Source: a virus. From it: DNA of 64,000 nt. Within the stretch, counting starts at the first letter, position 1. Each line of letters begins with the position of its first letter. This document shows positions 40,688 to 51,717 of this stretch, piece after piece. The notes under the pieces are model-generated. The model saw only the letters and a list, made by a program, of their open reading frames with translations. It was not told where the DNA came from and made no database searches. The stretch covers positions 32,001 to 96,000 of the IMG/VR virus record IMGVR_UViG_3300046747_000672; one strand, 5' to 3'. The translations under genes were made by a program, and so were the position numbers.

Positions 40688-43629
40688 CCACCGACCGCGC
40701 CGCCTACGTCCGCCACTGGGACGCCATGGTCCCCCGCTACGCGCAGTGCGTCACCTGCAGCCGCACGCGCGAAACCGCCGGCGGGCTAGCGCGGCTTTCG
40801 GTCGACGGCTGGACGTTCGAGCTCCGCGTGCAAGGCCTCGCGTTTCGCTGCGCGGAGTGCTCGGCGGCGGCGGCGCACCGAGATGCCTCAGAAAAACGAA
40901 GGATGGCCGCACGATGACAACGAAGCGTTTCGACCTCACCCCCATCGAGCCGGTTCTTCCCGGCCCGCCGCTGACCCGCGAGGAGTTCCGCGCCGCGAGC
41001 CAGAGAATCAGCCCGCATCCTCGAGTGCCGGACGAAGTCCCCGTCACCATCGCCGCCGGCTACCTGAACGACCCCACCATCTGGTGCTACTGGGAGACCG
41101 AGTACGCCGACGAGGGCAGCGTCGGGCCGTTCGCCTCGCGCGAGGAGGCGGCTGCTCACGCGGTGTCGATGGGGTATGCGGTGGCGGAAGAAGGAGAGGC
41201 GCAGTGAGTGAGCGTCGAGTCGCCCCCCATCAGCTTATCGCCTTGCTTGCCTCGCTGGCGACGGGGCAGGACGCCGACGTGGGCCCGATCGGGTACAGCG
41301 CAACGCCGCGATCGACGTCGGCGAGAACGACGTCTGAGGTTGCCTGCGGCGCACCTATTTCGCGTCGCAAAGTCCCCCGCGAACTGACGGCTGGCGAGCG
41401 ACGCGCCATCGAAAGGCGCGAACGCAAGGCGGCCCGGCGACTGGAACTCGAAAGGAGACAGGGCCGATGATCTCCGCCGGCTACCACATTCTCTCCCTCA
41501 AATGGTCGCGCGACGGCGTCATCACGTGGTGGCAGGCGAACAACTCCGGCTACACGACGTGGCTGGAGAACGCGGGTGTCTATACCGCCGAACAGGTAGC
41601 GGCAAAGCCGGACTACTACAACGACGGAGAAAGCGCGCTCGCGGTGCCCGTGTCAGCGATCGCGGAAATGCGCCAGCGGACCATTGTGGAGATGACCTTT
41701 GAGAACTTGCGCATCGCCAGGGATGCGGCTCCGTCGGCGGCGGCGAGGAGGACAGCGTGAGCGAACCAAAGAAGCGCGAGAAGTGGTCCTCCACTATGAG
41801 TGGCGAACAGGCGACGCTTTCAGCGCAGATCCGCTTTCGCGCGCCGAAGGCGCTCTATGTGGTCGTCAAAGTGGGGGACGCGTTCAACGCTGGCGATATC
41901 ACGTACGCGTTCCCGCACGACGATTCCCCGTACGACTACGACCTCGAGGCTAACGAGTGCATCCTCGTCTACCGGCTGGATGAGACGGTGGTACCGCTGA
42001 CGCGGTTGCTGGATGGCGATGCTGGGGACGCTCCGAAGGAGCCGACGTGACCGCCGAGTCGTTGCGCGTAGATGCGCCCGCTGGCGGGCCTTCGCTGCAT
42101 TGCCAGCGAGACCCCATGTCCTGCCGGCCGTCGTTCTGTGCCTGTCACTGCGCTGACTGCACTGCCGCATATTGGTCCGGCTCACCCCTTCCCGCGAGGA
42201 CCGTGTGAGCGCCTCAAAGCAGAACGGCAAGCGCAAGCGCCCGCGGAAGCTCACCGAAGAACGCGCCGCCTCGATCAATCGCAAGCGTGACCTCGTCGAG
42301 GGCCCCGGCTCGCTCGAACGCGACCAGATCAGAGTTCGCGCTGGTCGCGGGCAGACCGTGAGGGAACCATGACCGCCCCGAAGCAAGCCGCGGCGGGTGG
42401 CGCGCCAGTCTACACCGAGTCCCGCGCCGACGGGTGGCCGCTCTGCCCGCGGTGTGGTGAAGACGAGCTGTGGAGCGCTGGCGATGAGACCGACCAATCC
42501 TTCAAGCCGACGATCGAAAGCATCGCAGGTTGCTACATGTGCGGATGGGAGCCAATAAAGCGTGAGTGGTCAGTGCCAGAGGTCCCACTCGCAGTGTTGC
42601 GTGAAGCGGCGATGCGCGAAGGCAGAACTCTTGTGCCGGTCATCAGGGTCTCGCCGAAGCAAGCAGCGACGGCCGTGTCACCGCCGACCGAGCGCGAGAT
42701 CGCCGCCGCATATGCGCAAGATCGCTCGGAGCAGTACACCGACAAGTCGAGCGCGAAGTGCGCGCTGGAGGACCTCGCGGCAGCGTTGCGAGGCGGCGAA
42801 CACATGGCGGCGTTCGAGCACGGCGAGCTGGACGACCTAATCGCATGGGCGAGGAAGCGGAGGAGGAAGTGATGGGCGAGGCGATCGTTGGCCGGCCGCT
42901 CCGCGCGGCGTTTTGCTCGGTCATCCGATACGACGGCGCTTGCCGCCAGCTGTGTATTCGCTCGAATTGCAAGGAGCCAGCGCAAGATGCTGTCCATTGG
43001 ACTTGCGAGCGGCACACGAAGGAGTTGGAGGAAGCCGCCCGATGCAGATGGGACGATGGGTGGCGCGGCCGCTGCGGCAAGCCTGCAATCGAGAAAAGCT
43101 GGTTCTGCGCCGAGCATGCGGGAAAGACCTGCGCCGGGTGCGGATCTCCCGCCGTTCGGTCTTGCGACCATACCGGCACCCAGTTCGTTTGCGGCGCCCC
43201 GATCTGCTCGAACTGCGCGCATGGCCCGGCGCCCCACAGCAGCTTGCTCGGAATGGGCGGCGGCCATCAGCCAACCGCCGCCGAGCCGAAGGGAGGCGCG
43301 CGGTGACAGACGAAGAATTGAAGGCCATCCACGCACGCGTCCTGCATCCAGGCGGAACGCGCGACAGACCAAGCACCGACCGCGCCGCGCTTTGGGTATA
43401 CGCGTGCGAACTCCGCGCTGAACTGGCCTCCGCGAGAACGACTATCGCATTCCGCAGCGGCGAGTTCGCCGAACTGCGCGCCGAGAACGCGAAGCTCCGA
43501 AAGCAAATCGAGTTTCTCGAACTAGTCGTGCGGCAAGGCCCATTGCCGACCACGGTGCTGTGCGCCGCCGTTGGCTCGGACGACTGGACGGAGTGCGCGA
43601 CCCCGCACGCGGCGAAGGAAACCAAGTGA
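40684..43629 (+). CDS. Array of about 10 small hypothetical ORFs
   Basis: Coupled plus-strand ORFs (e.g. 41467-41760, 41757-42050, 42369-42872, 42872-43306, 43303-43629). Confidence 0.55.
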
Positions 43630-44426
43630 GATACTACCTCGACACCGAATTCATCGAGCGCGGCCACGAACATCCGATCGAGCTCATCTCGATCGGCGTC
43701 GTCGCCGAAGACGGTCGCCACTTCTACGCCGTGTGCGAAGACGGATGGGACGAGTCGCACGCGTCCGACTGGGTCCGCGCGAACGTCCTGCCGCACATCG
43801 TTGGCGTGCCGCGGCAATCACGCGCTGCGATTCGTGCAGGCATCGAAGCGTTCCTGTCGGACGACCCGAAGCCAGAATTTTGGGGCTATTACGCCGACTA
43901 CGACTGGGTTCTGTTCTGCCAGCTCTTCGGCAGGATGATCGACTTGCCCGAGAAGCTCCCCAGGTTCTGCCGCGACGTGAAGCAGTTCGCGGTTGCAGTC
44001 GGCAACCCGCGCCTCCCGCGCCAAACGGGCGCCGCGCACAACGCGCTCGGCGATGCGCGACACACCTGCGAGATGCACGAGTTTTTGCTCCAGACCGAGG
44101 CGCAGCGCGCCCTTGTGTCCATCATCGACAGCGGCCGCCACGACGGCACCGATGCCGCGCATCCCGCTTGGTGGCGCGGGCATGACGACGGTGCCCGTGG
44201 CGTCGTGAAGGCGCTTACGGCGATGCTGGACCGCGGGGAGCGCGGGGGCACGTTCAGCTCGCCGGAGCTGGACGCGCTGGCAACGAGAATCGAAGAACTC
44301 GCCGACGCGTGCTTCGAGGCGAGGCGACTTGTGCTCGAGCTTCGTCCGCACGTCGGAATGGCGAAGCGAGCCGACGAGGCGATCGCACGTTGGCACGAGG
44401 AGAAGGGAGGCCCCGATGCCGCGTAA
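43626..44426 (+). CDS. DEDD 3'-5' exoribonuclease (Rv2179c-like) with a C-terminal extension
   Basis: YYLDTEF, LISIGVV, WV.ANVLP, YYADYDWV, HNALGDA. Confidence 0.88.
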   Translation: MRYYLDTEFIERGHEHPIELISIGVVAEDGRHFYAVCEDGWDESHASDWVRANVLPHIVGVPRQSRAAIRAGIEAFLSDDPKPEFWGYYADYDWVLFCQLFGRMIDLPEKLPRFCRDVKQFAVAVGNPRLPRQTGAAHNALGDARHTCEMHEFLLQTEAQRALVSIIDSGRHDGTDAAHPAWWRGHDDGARGVVKALTAMLDRGERGGTFSSPELDALATRIEELADACFEARRLVLELRPHVGMAKRADEAIARWHEEKGGPDAA

Positions 44427-44828
44427 CCCGCACCTGCTCAAGAGCCTCGCGTTCCTGCGCGGGCAATCGTCCGGAATCCAGATGGCGATCGAGTTCCTCG
44501 AATCGTCGCAATCGATGCTGAGGTCCAGGCGGACCGAGATCATCGCCCTGAAGAGCATGCTTGCGCCGCAGGAAGGCGGGACGAACGAAACGCTGGGCTA
44601 CCTCCTTCGCAAGGCGGAGGAGTGGGAGAAAGAGAACGGTGGCGGCGATGATTGACTTGAGCGGCGACTGGTTCCCTTGTTGGGACTGCAACGGCACCGG
44701 ACAGTCCGCGCACGAGATGCGGTGCATCCTCTGCGAAGGCTCGGGTGAAGTGTTCCTGTTTTCGGGCGAGCCGGACGCGGATGGCGCGCAAGGCGAGCCG
44801 TCTGAAGGTGATGCGACAGGAGGCGCCG

Positions 44829-45625
44829 ATGCCCACTGAGTGCCCGTTCCACGTGGGGCAGGAGGTGACGATGGACGGATTCCGGGTCCTCCCGACGCCC
44901 AACCGAATCGAGACCGTTGTGCGCGTGTCTGAGTCGCCGCAGTTCGTCGAACTGTCGGGCGGGCATCGGTGGTGCTGGTCGGGCAAGTTCTTCTTCTACC
45001 CTGGCGAGCCGCAGAATGAAGACGGGCCGTTCATCCGTCCGACGCAGCCCGGCGACCGCGACGCCATCGAGAAGCACGCGCTCGTTGAGCGCCTCTCGCG
45101 CATGGGGGAGGCGGAGTGGGCGGCGTTGGGGGTGGAGGCGTTGCGGGTCGCTGTGGCGGCCGTGGAAGGAAGGGCGCGGTGAAGGAGCTGCCGTTTCATG
45201 TTGGGCAGGAGATCACCGAATGCGCGAGGGGTCCTGCGTCGTCCGGCGCCCATCCGCTTGAGCACGCGGTGCACTGCGGCAACTCTGGTTGCGATGGCCA
45301 CTGCGAGCTCTGCAACGGGCATCGGATGCGCGAGGCGTTCGACCGCATGTCTTGGATTCCGGCGCGCGTGCACACCGTCTCGGAGGTGACCGACGATGGG
45401 ATTCTGACGACGTCTGGCCGACGCTTCGGTCGCAGCGAATGCGCGATGTTCTGCCGCGCGTTGCAGCCTGGCGACCGCGAGGCTGCGCTCGAGTACCAGG
45501 AAAGGGAGCGCTTGCTTGTCGTGGTCCGCCAGATGCGCTGGGTCGACTGGGAGTCGTTGTCGACCGATGACCTGCGCAGGCTCGTCGGAGCTATCGAAAG
45601 AAATCAATCGAAAGGCGGCGCGTAG
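44829..45625 (+). CDS. Tandem paralogous hypothetical proteins (44829-45182, 45179-45625)
   Basis: Both begin PFHVGQE(V/I)T and contain QPGDR(D/E)A. Confidence 0.65.
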
Positions 45626-45695
45626 CTGTTGACAATGTTGTGGGCGATGGGGCAGAGGTAAAGATGGGGCGACGTCGATAGGAGTTGCGAGGTGC

Positions 45696-46235
45696 ATGGC
45701 GAAACGAGTGCAAGCGATGGATCGTCCGAAACCAGAGCAACCGTTTATCGACGATCTGCACGAGTGGATTTATCGACGAATGGTCGAGATGGAGCGGATG
45801 GACCAGGCAGATAAGTCGGCCGTAGCCGACCCAGAGAAAACGGATTCTCCGCTCGAAGCAATGATGTTCGACGCCCTGACCAGGTCAGGGTTCAGTCAAT
45901 CGGACGAATCTGGTCGAGACGGGATCGCGAAACTCTTCCAACAGATTCCGGTCGACACGCCGTACGGCAGATATCGCGTGGACTTGGCGGCAAAGCGCCG
46001 ATCGGGACCGTACGTCCTCAGGCTCGCAATCGAATGTGACGGATTTGCGTTTCACCACGCGACGAAGGAGCAGGTTGAGTACGACGCCAAGAGAGACAGG
46101 GCGCTCTTGCGCGCCGGCTGGCGCGTCGCCCGTTACCCAGGCTCAGAGATTCACCGCGACCCAGGGGCGTGCGCGCTGGACGCCGCAGGCATTATCATCG
46201 ACTGGCTTGATTCGGTTGCGAGGGTCAAAAAGTGA
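45696..46235 (+). CDS. DUF559/Vsr-like PD-(D/E)XK endonuclease
   Basis: SPLE, QQIP..YRVDL, AIECDG..FH..D..RDRAL..AGWRV.RY.GSEI. Confidence 0.85.
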   Translation: MAKRVQAMDRPKPEQPFIDDLHEWIYRRMVEMERMDQADKSAVADPEKTDSPLEAMMFDALTRSGFSQSDESGRDGIAKLFQQIPVDTPYGRYRVDLAAKRRSGPYVLRLAIECDGFAFHHATKEQVEYDAKRDRALLRAGWRVARYPGSEIHRDPGACALDAAGIIIDWLDSVARVKK

Positions 46236-47578
46236 TCGGCGCAGAGCGCATCGACCGCGTCCCAGAGTTGAAGCGGGCGCTCTCGGATGCGCGTCAGGTT
46301 TGCCGCGCCCTCGGTCTTGACAAGGGCGCGGAGCCGCAGCGCGGCGGCTACGTGATTTGCTGCCCGGTACACGGCGACCGGAACCCATCGTGCTCGGTCA
46401 GTCGCGGCGATGATGGGCTTGTGCGCGTCCATTGCTTCACGTGCGGATTCGCCGGCGACGTGCTGCACCTCATCGCCGCCGTAAGGGGCCTCGATCTGAG
46501 GCGGGGCTTTCCGGAGGTCATTGAGGAGGCCGTTCGTCTAGCGGGCCTGCCGGAACTTCTGGAAGAGCCGAGGGCGAAAACGGTGGACGCGAAGCGCACG
46601 TACCCGATGCCAAGCGAAATTGCGTCGGTGTGGCAGCGCGCGGTTCCAGTGACGGAGCACGCCGGCGCGACCGCCTGGCTCGCCTCGCGTGGACTGGACG
46701 CCGAGCGTCTTGCTGCAGCCGACGTGGCCCGCGCGATTCCGGACGGACTGAGCTTGCCGTGGTGGGCGAGTTGGAGAGGGAAGTCGTGGACCGAGCTTCG
46801 CCATCAACTACTGATACCCGTGTTCGATCACATGGGCGAAATGCGGAGCCTGCGCGCGGGCGAGCTTCGAGCAGTCGAAGGTAAACCCAAGCGGCTTCCT
46901 CCTGGCGGCCACCTGTCCAAGGGACTCGTGCTTGCAAACAAGTGCGCCCAAGCGCTGTTTGGGCACGGTGCCCACTACGACCTTCTCATCGTTGAAGGCG
47001 AGCCGGACTTCTTGACGTGGGCGACTGAGTCCGATCTGGCAGTCGTCGGCGTCGGGTCCGGGTGGTGGTCGCGCGCGCACGCGAAAAGAGTCCCCGCTGG
47101 CACGAAAGCGGTTCTTCGGACGCATCAAGACGAGGCCGGCGATCGGTATGCAAACGAAATCGGCTTTACGCTGGCGCGTCGCGCCACGCTGCGTCGCCCC
47201 GCGAAGGACGATCTTGGCGACGAGAACGACCGAGTGCGCGCGGACTCGCGCGCCAAGTTGTTCGCCGAAAACACGTTGCCGTACCACGCAGATTCAGTCG
47301 ACCCGAAGTCGTTCTTTCTTGGTCGCTCGTTCGCCGAGCATTACTGGCTCGATGACGAACTAAAGCCTGGCGTCTTTGCCGCCAGGTGCCCCAATGAATC
47401 GTTTCACGAGTGGGGCGAGCGGTTCGATGGCGCGACGACGGTCCGCGCGCCAGAGCAGCGCCTGTGCGCGGGAGACGGGACATTCCATTGCGCCCATCCG
47501 TTTTGCCGGGCGGCTGCGATGAGCAGCACAGAAATTGATAGCGCGATGCGGCGGCTCGCCGCCACGGAGGAACACTGA
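46232..47578 (+). CDS. DNA primase (CHC2 Zn finger plus Toprim)
   Basis: CPVHGDRNPS..HCFTCG..GDV; LIVEGEPDF; HQDEAG. Confidence 0.85.
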   Translation: MIGAERIDRVPELKRALSDARQVCRALGLDKGAEPQRGGYVICCPVHGDRNPSCSVSRGDDGLVRVHCFTCGFAGDVLHLIAAVRGLDLRRGFPEVIEEAVRLAGLPELLEEPRAKTVDAKRTYPMPSEIASVWQRAVPVTEHAGATAWLASRGLDAERLAAADVARAIPDGLSLPWWASWRGKSWTELRHQLLIPVFDHMGEMRSLRAGELRAVEGKPKRLPPGGHLSKGLVLANKCAQALFGHGAHYDLLIVEGEPDFLTWATESDLAVVGVGSGWWSRAHAKRVPAGTKAVLRTHQDEAGDRYANEIGFTLARRATLRRPAKDDLGDENDRVRADSRAKLFAENTLPYHADSVDPKSFFLGRSFAEHYWLDDELKPGVFAARCPNESFHEWGERFDGATTVRAPEQRLCAGDGTFHCAHPFCRAAAMSSTEIDSAMRRLAATEEH

Positions 47579-48435
47579 TGGCAGATTGGGCAGCACTCGA
47601 CTTTCGGAAGCTCTACATGCCGTTCTCGGTCGAGTTCGAGCAGCTCCCGTACCTTGCTCGTGCCATCGGAGGCGACCTCATCCGTCGGTGCGATCGGCTC
47701 GGTCACATTGTCAAATGTGACGCACGTGACGGATGTGACGTCACGCTTGTCACGCGCATCAAGTTCCACTTGCGCGCACACGACGGCGAAGAACTCGCCA
47801 TCGAGCAGGCGGTCAAGGCGCTACTGAAAGATGGCTACCTCATCATCAAGGATGGGTACCTAACCATTCGCAATTACCCAGAAGCTCAGCGATCTCGCAG
47901 TGCCGACAGGATGGCAAAAAAGAGAGCCAGAAACACGCCTAGTCACAGTGACGCCAGTGACGTCACATCCGTAACAAGTGACGACGACGTCACTGTGACG
48001 TATAGAGGAGAGGAGAAAGAAGAGAAAGATCCCCCCATAGCCCCCCAGGGGGGCGGCGGGGAGATTTCAGCGAATCCGGAGCTCGCTCGCCGCGGGTATG
48101 CGGCTGGCGTTCGGGCGGTGACCAAGACCCAGTGGCACTTTCCGGACAAGCCGGAGGAACGGCGCGCGCTCAGCGACGTCGTCGCGCTGTACGCTCCGGG
48201 GCTTCGAGGTGACATGCTCGAAGCGAAGATGACCGCCATCGCATCGAACTACGCCGAAGCCACCCGCGAGCGTGCGCAATTCGAGGGTGGCTTCAAGCCG
48301 AGCAAGTGCCTGGAGTGGTTCAACGCTGGCGCGCCAGGGGCCAAGACGTCGCTCCGCCGGACGCCTGCATCGATGGCGAGCGCGCGAACGAACAAGGTCC
48401 AAGAAGAGCTTTTGAAGAACGCCGGGTCGCGATGA
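47578..48435 (+). CDS. Phage replication initiator protein
   Basis: Located before DnaB; IRNYPEAQ..RMAKKR; internal repeat tract followed by EEKEEK..PP.APQGG, typical of lambda-O-like initiators. Confidence 0.7.
   Translation: MADWAALDFRKLYMPFSVEFEQLPYLARAIGGDLIRRCDRLGHIVKCDARDGCDVTLVTRIKFHLRAHDGEELAIEQAVKALLKDGYLIIKDGYLTIRNYPEAQRSRSADRMAKKRARNTPSHSDASDVTSVTSDDDVTVTYRGEEKEEKDPPIAPQGGGGEISANPELARRGYAAGVRAVTKTQWHFPDKPEERRALSDVVALYAPGLRGDMLEAKMTAIASNYAEATRERAQFEGGFKPSKCLEWFNAGAPGAKTSLRRTPASMASARTNKVQEELLKNAGSR
47702..48030. repeat. Putative replication origin (GTGAC/GTCAC iterons)
   Basis: About 13 GTGAC/GTCAC pentamers in two clusters; 16-bp inverted repeat 47729-47744/47957-47972; purine tract follows. 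Confidence 0.65.
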
Positions 48436-49784
48436 CGCACGAGTTCGAGAACGGCGCAGATGAACCGCGCGGACCATCGCCGCGCGTCCCACCGCACAGC
48501 GCCGAGACGGAGAGCGCGGTGATTAGCGCTTGGTCGATGCACGACCGGTTTGGCAAGGCCTGGGCGCCAGAGCCGCAGCTATTCTACGTCAAAGCCCATC
48601 GACTGATTGTCGAGGCAATGGGGCGCATGGGCGCCGAGCAACGCGACGAGGCGTCGCTGCTGGCGCAAATGGATGCAGACGGAACGATGGATGCGGCTGG
48701 CGGTCGCGGAGCGATTCACCGAATCATCATGGGAGCTCCGGCGTATGGGGATCCGTGGCCGCACGTGGGCCGTCTCCGCGAGTACAAGGCTCTTCGCGAT
48801 GTCATCGGAACGCTCGAGGTTGCCGTAGCGGAAGCGTACGAGCACAAGAATTTGGGCGCCACGGTGTCGAGAATTCAGGATGCGGCGCGCGCCGGTGTGC
48901 AAGAGATGGGGTCGAAAGTGCTATCTCCGCGCGACATGCTGCGGGCGGTCGCTGCGGAGATGATGCTCCGGCGGGACCCGGAGATGTGCACAACGGGGCT
49001 TCCGACAATGGACGCTCACATGGGAGGCTTTCAGCACGAGCAGGTCACCATTTTCGGCGCGTCGACAAACTGGGGAAAGAGTTCGTATGCCGTACTCGTC
49101 TCCGACCTGGCCTTCAATGACAAAAAGCGGATCAAGCGCCCGCTGCTTGTGTCCTTTGAAGACCCAGAGACGCTTTACGGGCGCCGCTTGACCGCGAGGC
49201 GCGCGGAGGTCAGTCCGAATTTGCTCCGCAACAACAAATACGAGCCTGGCATGCCGGAGTGGCGGCGCGTGCTCGGCGTGGCGGAGCACGCAGAAGACAA
49301 TCCGTTCTTCATCAACGCAATCGGAAAGACGGTCGAACGTGCGGCAATGGAGATCAAGTGCATGTGCGCTGCGGAGCAGTACGATCTCGTCATCATCGAC
49401 TACCTTCAGGCCATACAGTCCGCTAAGCGTCACCAGGACAAGAGGAACGAGATCACTTACATCGCGCGAACGCTGACCGATGTGATCAAAACCAGCAAGT
49501 GCGCCGGTCTGATGTTCTCCCAGTTCAGGCGGCCATTGAAAGAGGGCGAGAAGCCGACGATGCACATGCTGAAAGAATCTGGCGACCTGGAGAACGCTGC
49601 CGAGGTTGTCATGATCGGCTTCTTGGACAAGAACGGCACGCGCGTCATTCGCACCGAAAAGGTCAAAGACGGGATCAAGCACAAGGAGTATCTCGTCGGG
49701 TGGAATGATGTCACATGCGGGTTCACGGGCGAGATTGATGTCGTCAACGATCCGGAGCCTTTGATCGAGAGCGACTACCGATGA
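48432..49784 (+). CDS. dnaB: DnaB-like replicative helicase
   Basis: PPHS.E.E N-terminus, Walker A GASTNWGKS, IIDYLQ, SQF.R, LKESGDLENAAE. Confidence 0.9.
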   Translation: MTHEFENGADEPRGPSPRVPPHSAETESAVISAWSMHDRFGKAWAPEPQLFYVKAHRLIVEAMGRMGAEQRDEASLLAQMDADGTMDAAGGRGAIHRIIMGAPAYGDPWPHVGRLREYKALRDVIGTLEVAVAEAYEHKNLGATVSRIQDAARAGVQEMGSKVLSPRDMLRAVAAEMMLRRDPEMCTTGLPTMDAHMGGFQHEQVTIFGASTNWGKSSYAVLVSDLAFNDKKRIKRPLLVSFEDPETLYGRRLTARRAEVSPNLLRNNKYEPGMPEWRRVLGVAEHAEDNPFFINAIGKTVERAAMEIKCMCAAEQYDLVIIDYLQAIQSAKRHQDKRNEITYIARTLTDVIKTSKCAGLMFSQFRRPLKEGEKPTMHMLKESGDLENAAEVVMIGFLDKNGTRVIRTEKVKDGIKHKEYLVGWNDVTCGFTGEIDVVNDPEPLIESDYR

Positions 49785-50635
49785 TGATCCTCGCCGCTCT
49801 CGCCTTCATCGCCGCCGCCGGTCTCTGCGCGGCGCTCTACCTGTTTCTCGATGGTCTTCTCAGCATGAGGCGCCATCGCCGGCAGCGGACCGCCATCGAA
49901 GGCGCTGAAGCGGCCCAGCGTCGCACGACGACGCTTGTGGCGTACGGGCGCTTCATTGTGACGACGAGCGTCAATCCGCGTATGCGCGCGCTGGTCGAGT
50001 CGGCGCCGGAAAAGGGCGAACGGGTCGCGAAGACCGCCGCAATCCGAAAGGCGTTGGCAGAATGAAGGTCTGGATCACGAAGTACGCGCTAACGAAGGGC
50101 ATCATCGTGGCGGAGGCGGAGAAGTGCAATGCCGGCTGGCTAGCCAAGTCGGCCATGGTGGAGTGGCGCGGCGGCATGAACGGCATCGAGTTCTTCCACG
50201 GACGAGACTGGCACATGACGCTGGAAGGCGCGCTCGTTCGCGTAAAGCAGATGATCGACGTGAAGCGCAAGTCGCTCGCGAAGCAGGCGGCGAAGCTGGA
50301 GGAGTTCGCCAGGAGCGACTTGGCGACGAAGGTGTCGACGGTCGAGGAGGCGATGCGATGAAGTCCAAGAAAGAGTGGGCCCCAGAGATTGTGGCGGCGC
50401 TTACCGCAAATCATGGCTATCCCGGGTACTGGGACGTCGATAGAGAGATCGTCGACAGCGTGGCAGATGCCCTCGAAAACGTGATCGCCGCCGTTCAATC
50501 CGACGCCATCCGATCGATCCAGCGTGCGCAACTCGAGGCGCTGGCGACCGTAGCGGAGCGCCACTGGGTCAAGTGCGACGACGCGCCGATGCCTGACATC
50601 CCGGCGATCATTCACCGAATCAAGGAGTCGCTCTG

Positions 50636-51265
50636 ATGTCGATGAAGTCACCCGAGCAATGGGAGCTCCTCGCAGGCACGCAGGACTTCGAGATGCTGCA
50701 TCCGACGGAGCGGCGAAACGTGTACCTGCAAGAATTCATCGCAATGGTCCAGCAAGACGCCATCGACGCGCACTCCCGCAGCGCGAAGGTCGCCGAGTTC
50801 CACGGCCTCGTGGGGCAGCCGGTGCTTGCGACGCCGCGGGCGCCGGCGAACAAGAGGGTGAGGCTGCGCCTGAAACTGCACTTGGAGGAAGCCGTCAAGG
50901 AGTGCTTCGAAGCTTGCCTCGACCTGCATGAGACCACGGCGGCGCCGTCTCATCGCGACGTGTTTCTGCGCGCCATCGGAGATCTGATGTGGATCGCCGC
51001 CGTCGCTCCCGTGCGCGTAGACCTGTCCGGTGCCGCCAAGGAGTTCGCGGACGCGGCCTACGTCGTCGAAGGGTCTTTCCTCGAATTCGGCATCGACGGC
51101 AACGAGGTGTTTGACGAGGTGCACCGTTCAAATCTCACGAAGGAAGGCAGCGACATGCGTGCCGATGGGAAGATCACGAAGGGGCCGAACTACCAACCGC
51201 CGGACATCGCTGGCGTGCTGAAACGACAGGGGTGGAATGGCAGCAACGAAGGAGAGACCAAATGA
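50636..51265 (+). CDS. MazG-like NTP pyrophosphohydrolase (PRA-PH/DR2231-like)
   Basis: V.EFH, LEE..E, KEFAD..YV, FDEVHRSNLTK..RADGKITKGPNY.PPDI. Confidence 0.85.
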   Translation: MSMKSPEQWELLAGTQDFEMLHPTERRNVYLQEFIAMVQQDAIDAHSRSAKVAEFHGLVGQPVLATPRAPANKRVRLRLKLHLEEAVKECFEACLDLHETTAAPSHRDVFLRAIGDLMWIAAVAPVRVDLSGAAKEFADAAYVVEGSFLEFGIDGNEVFDEVHRSNLTKEGSDMRADGKITKGPNYQPPDIAGVLKRQGWNGSNEGETK

Positions 51266-51717
51266 CCAAACCGAGAGGATTCGCCGCAATGTCACCCGAG
51301 CGCCAACGGGAGATCGCCGCCATCGGCGGCAAGAAGGCGCACGCGATCGGAAAGGCGCACAAGTTCACGCCGGACGCCGCGCGCGAAGCCGGACGCAAGG
51401 GCGGCAAGTTGATGGCGGCGCGCCCTGGCCACATGGCAAGTATCGGCCGAAAAGGCGGGATGGTGGTCGGTAAGGATCGAGAGCACATGGCAACAATCGG
51501 CAAGGCGGGAGGGCTCGCCATCGCGACCCAAGCACGAATGAGCGAGATTGGCAGGCTCGGCGGACTCGCGGTGTCGCGCGACAGGAAGCACATGAGCACG
51601 CTCGGGCGTTCCGGCGGCAAGGCAGCGTCACGGCACGCGCAGGAGCGACAGCGCGAGATGGAGGCGGCGATGGCGGCGGACGCGTCGCGGGAGCCGACGG
51701 AGAGGCAGGCGTCGTGA
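51262..51717 (+). CDS. KGG-repeat general stress protein (YciG/GsiB-like)
   Basis: RGFAAMSPERQREIAAIGGK followed by repeated (G)RKGG units. Confidence 0.85.
   Translation: MTKPRGFAAMSPERQREIAAIGGKKAHAIGKAHKFTPDAAREAGRKGGKLMAARPGHMASIGRKGGMVVGKDREHMATIGKAGGLAIATQARMSEIGRLGGLAVSRDRKHMSTLGRSGGKAASRHAQERQREMEAAMAADASREPTERQAS

Noticed and set aside
45630-45665. TTGACA promoter upstream of the DUF559 gene
   Set aside because: Perfect -35 but no credible -10 at 16-18 bp spacing
47702-48000. CRISPR array or DGR repeats
   Set aside because: Short irregular pentamers inside a CDS; no repeat-spacer periodicity, cas genes or reverse transcriptase seen anywhere in the window
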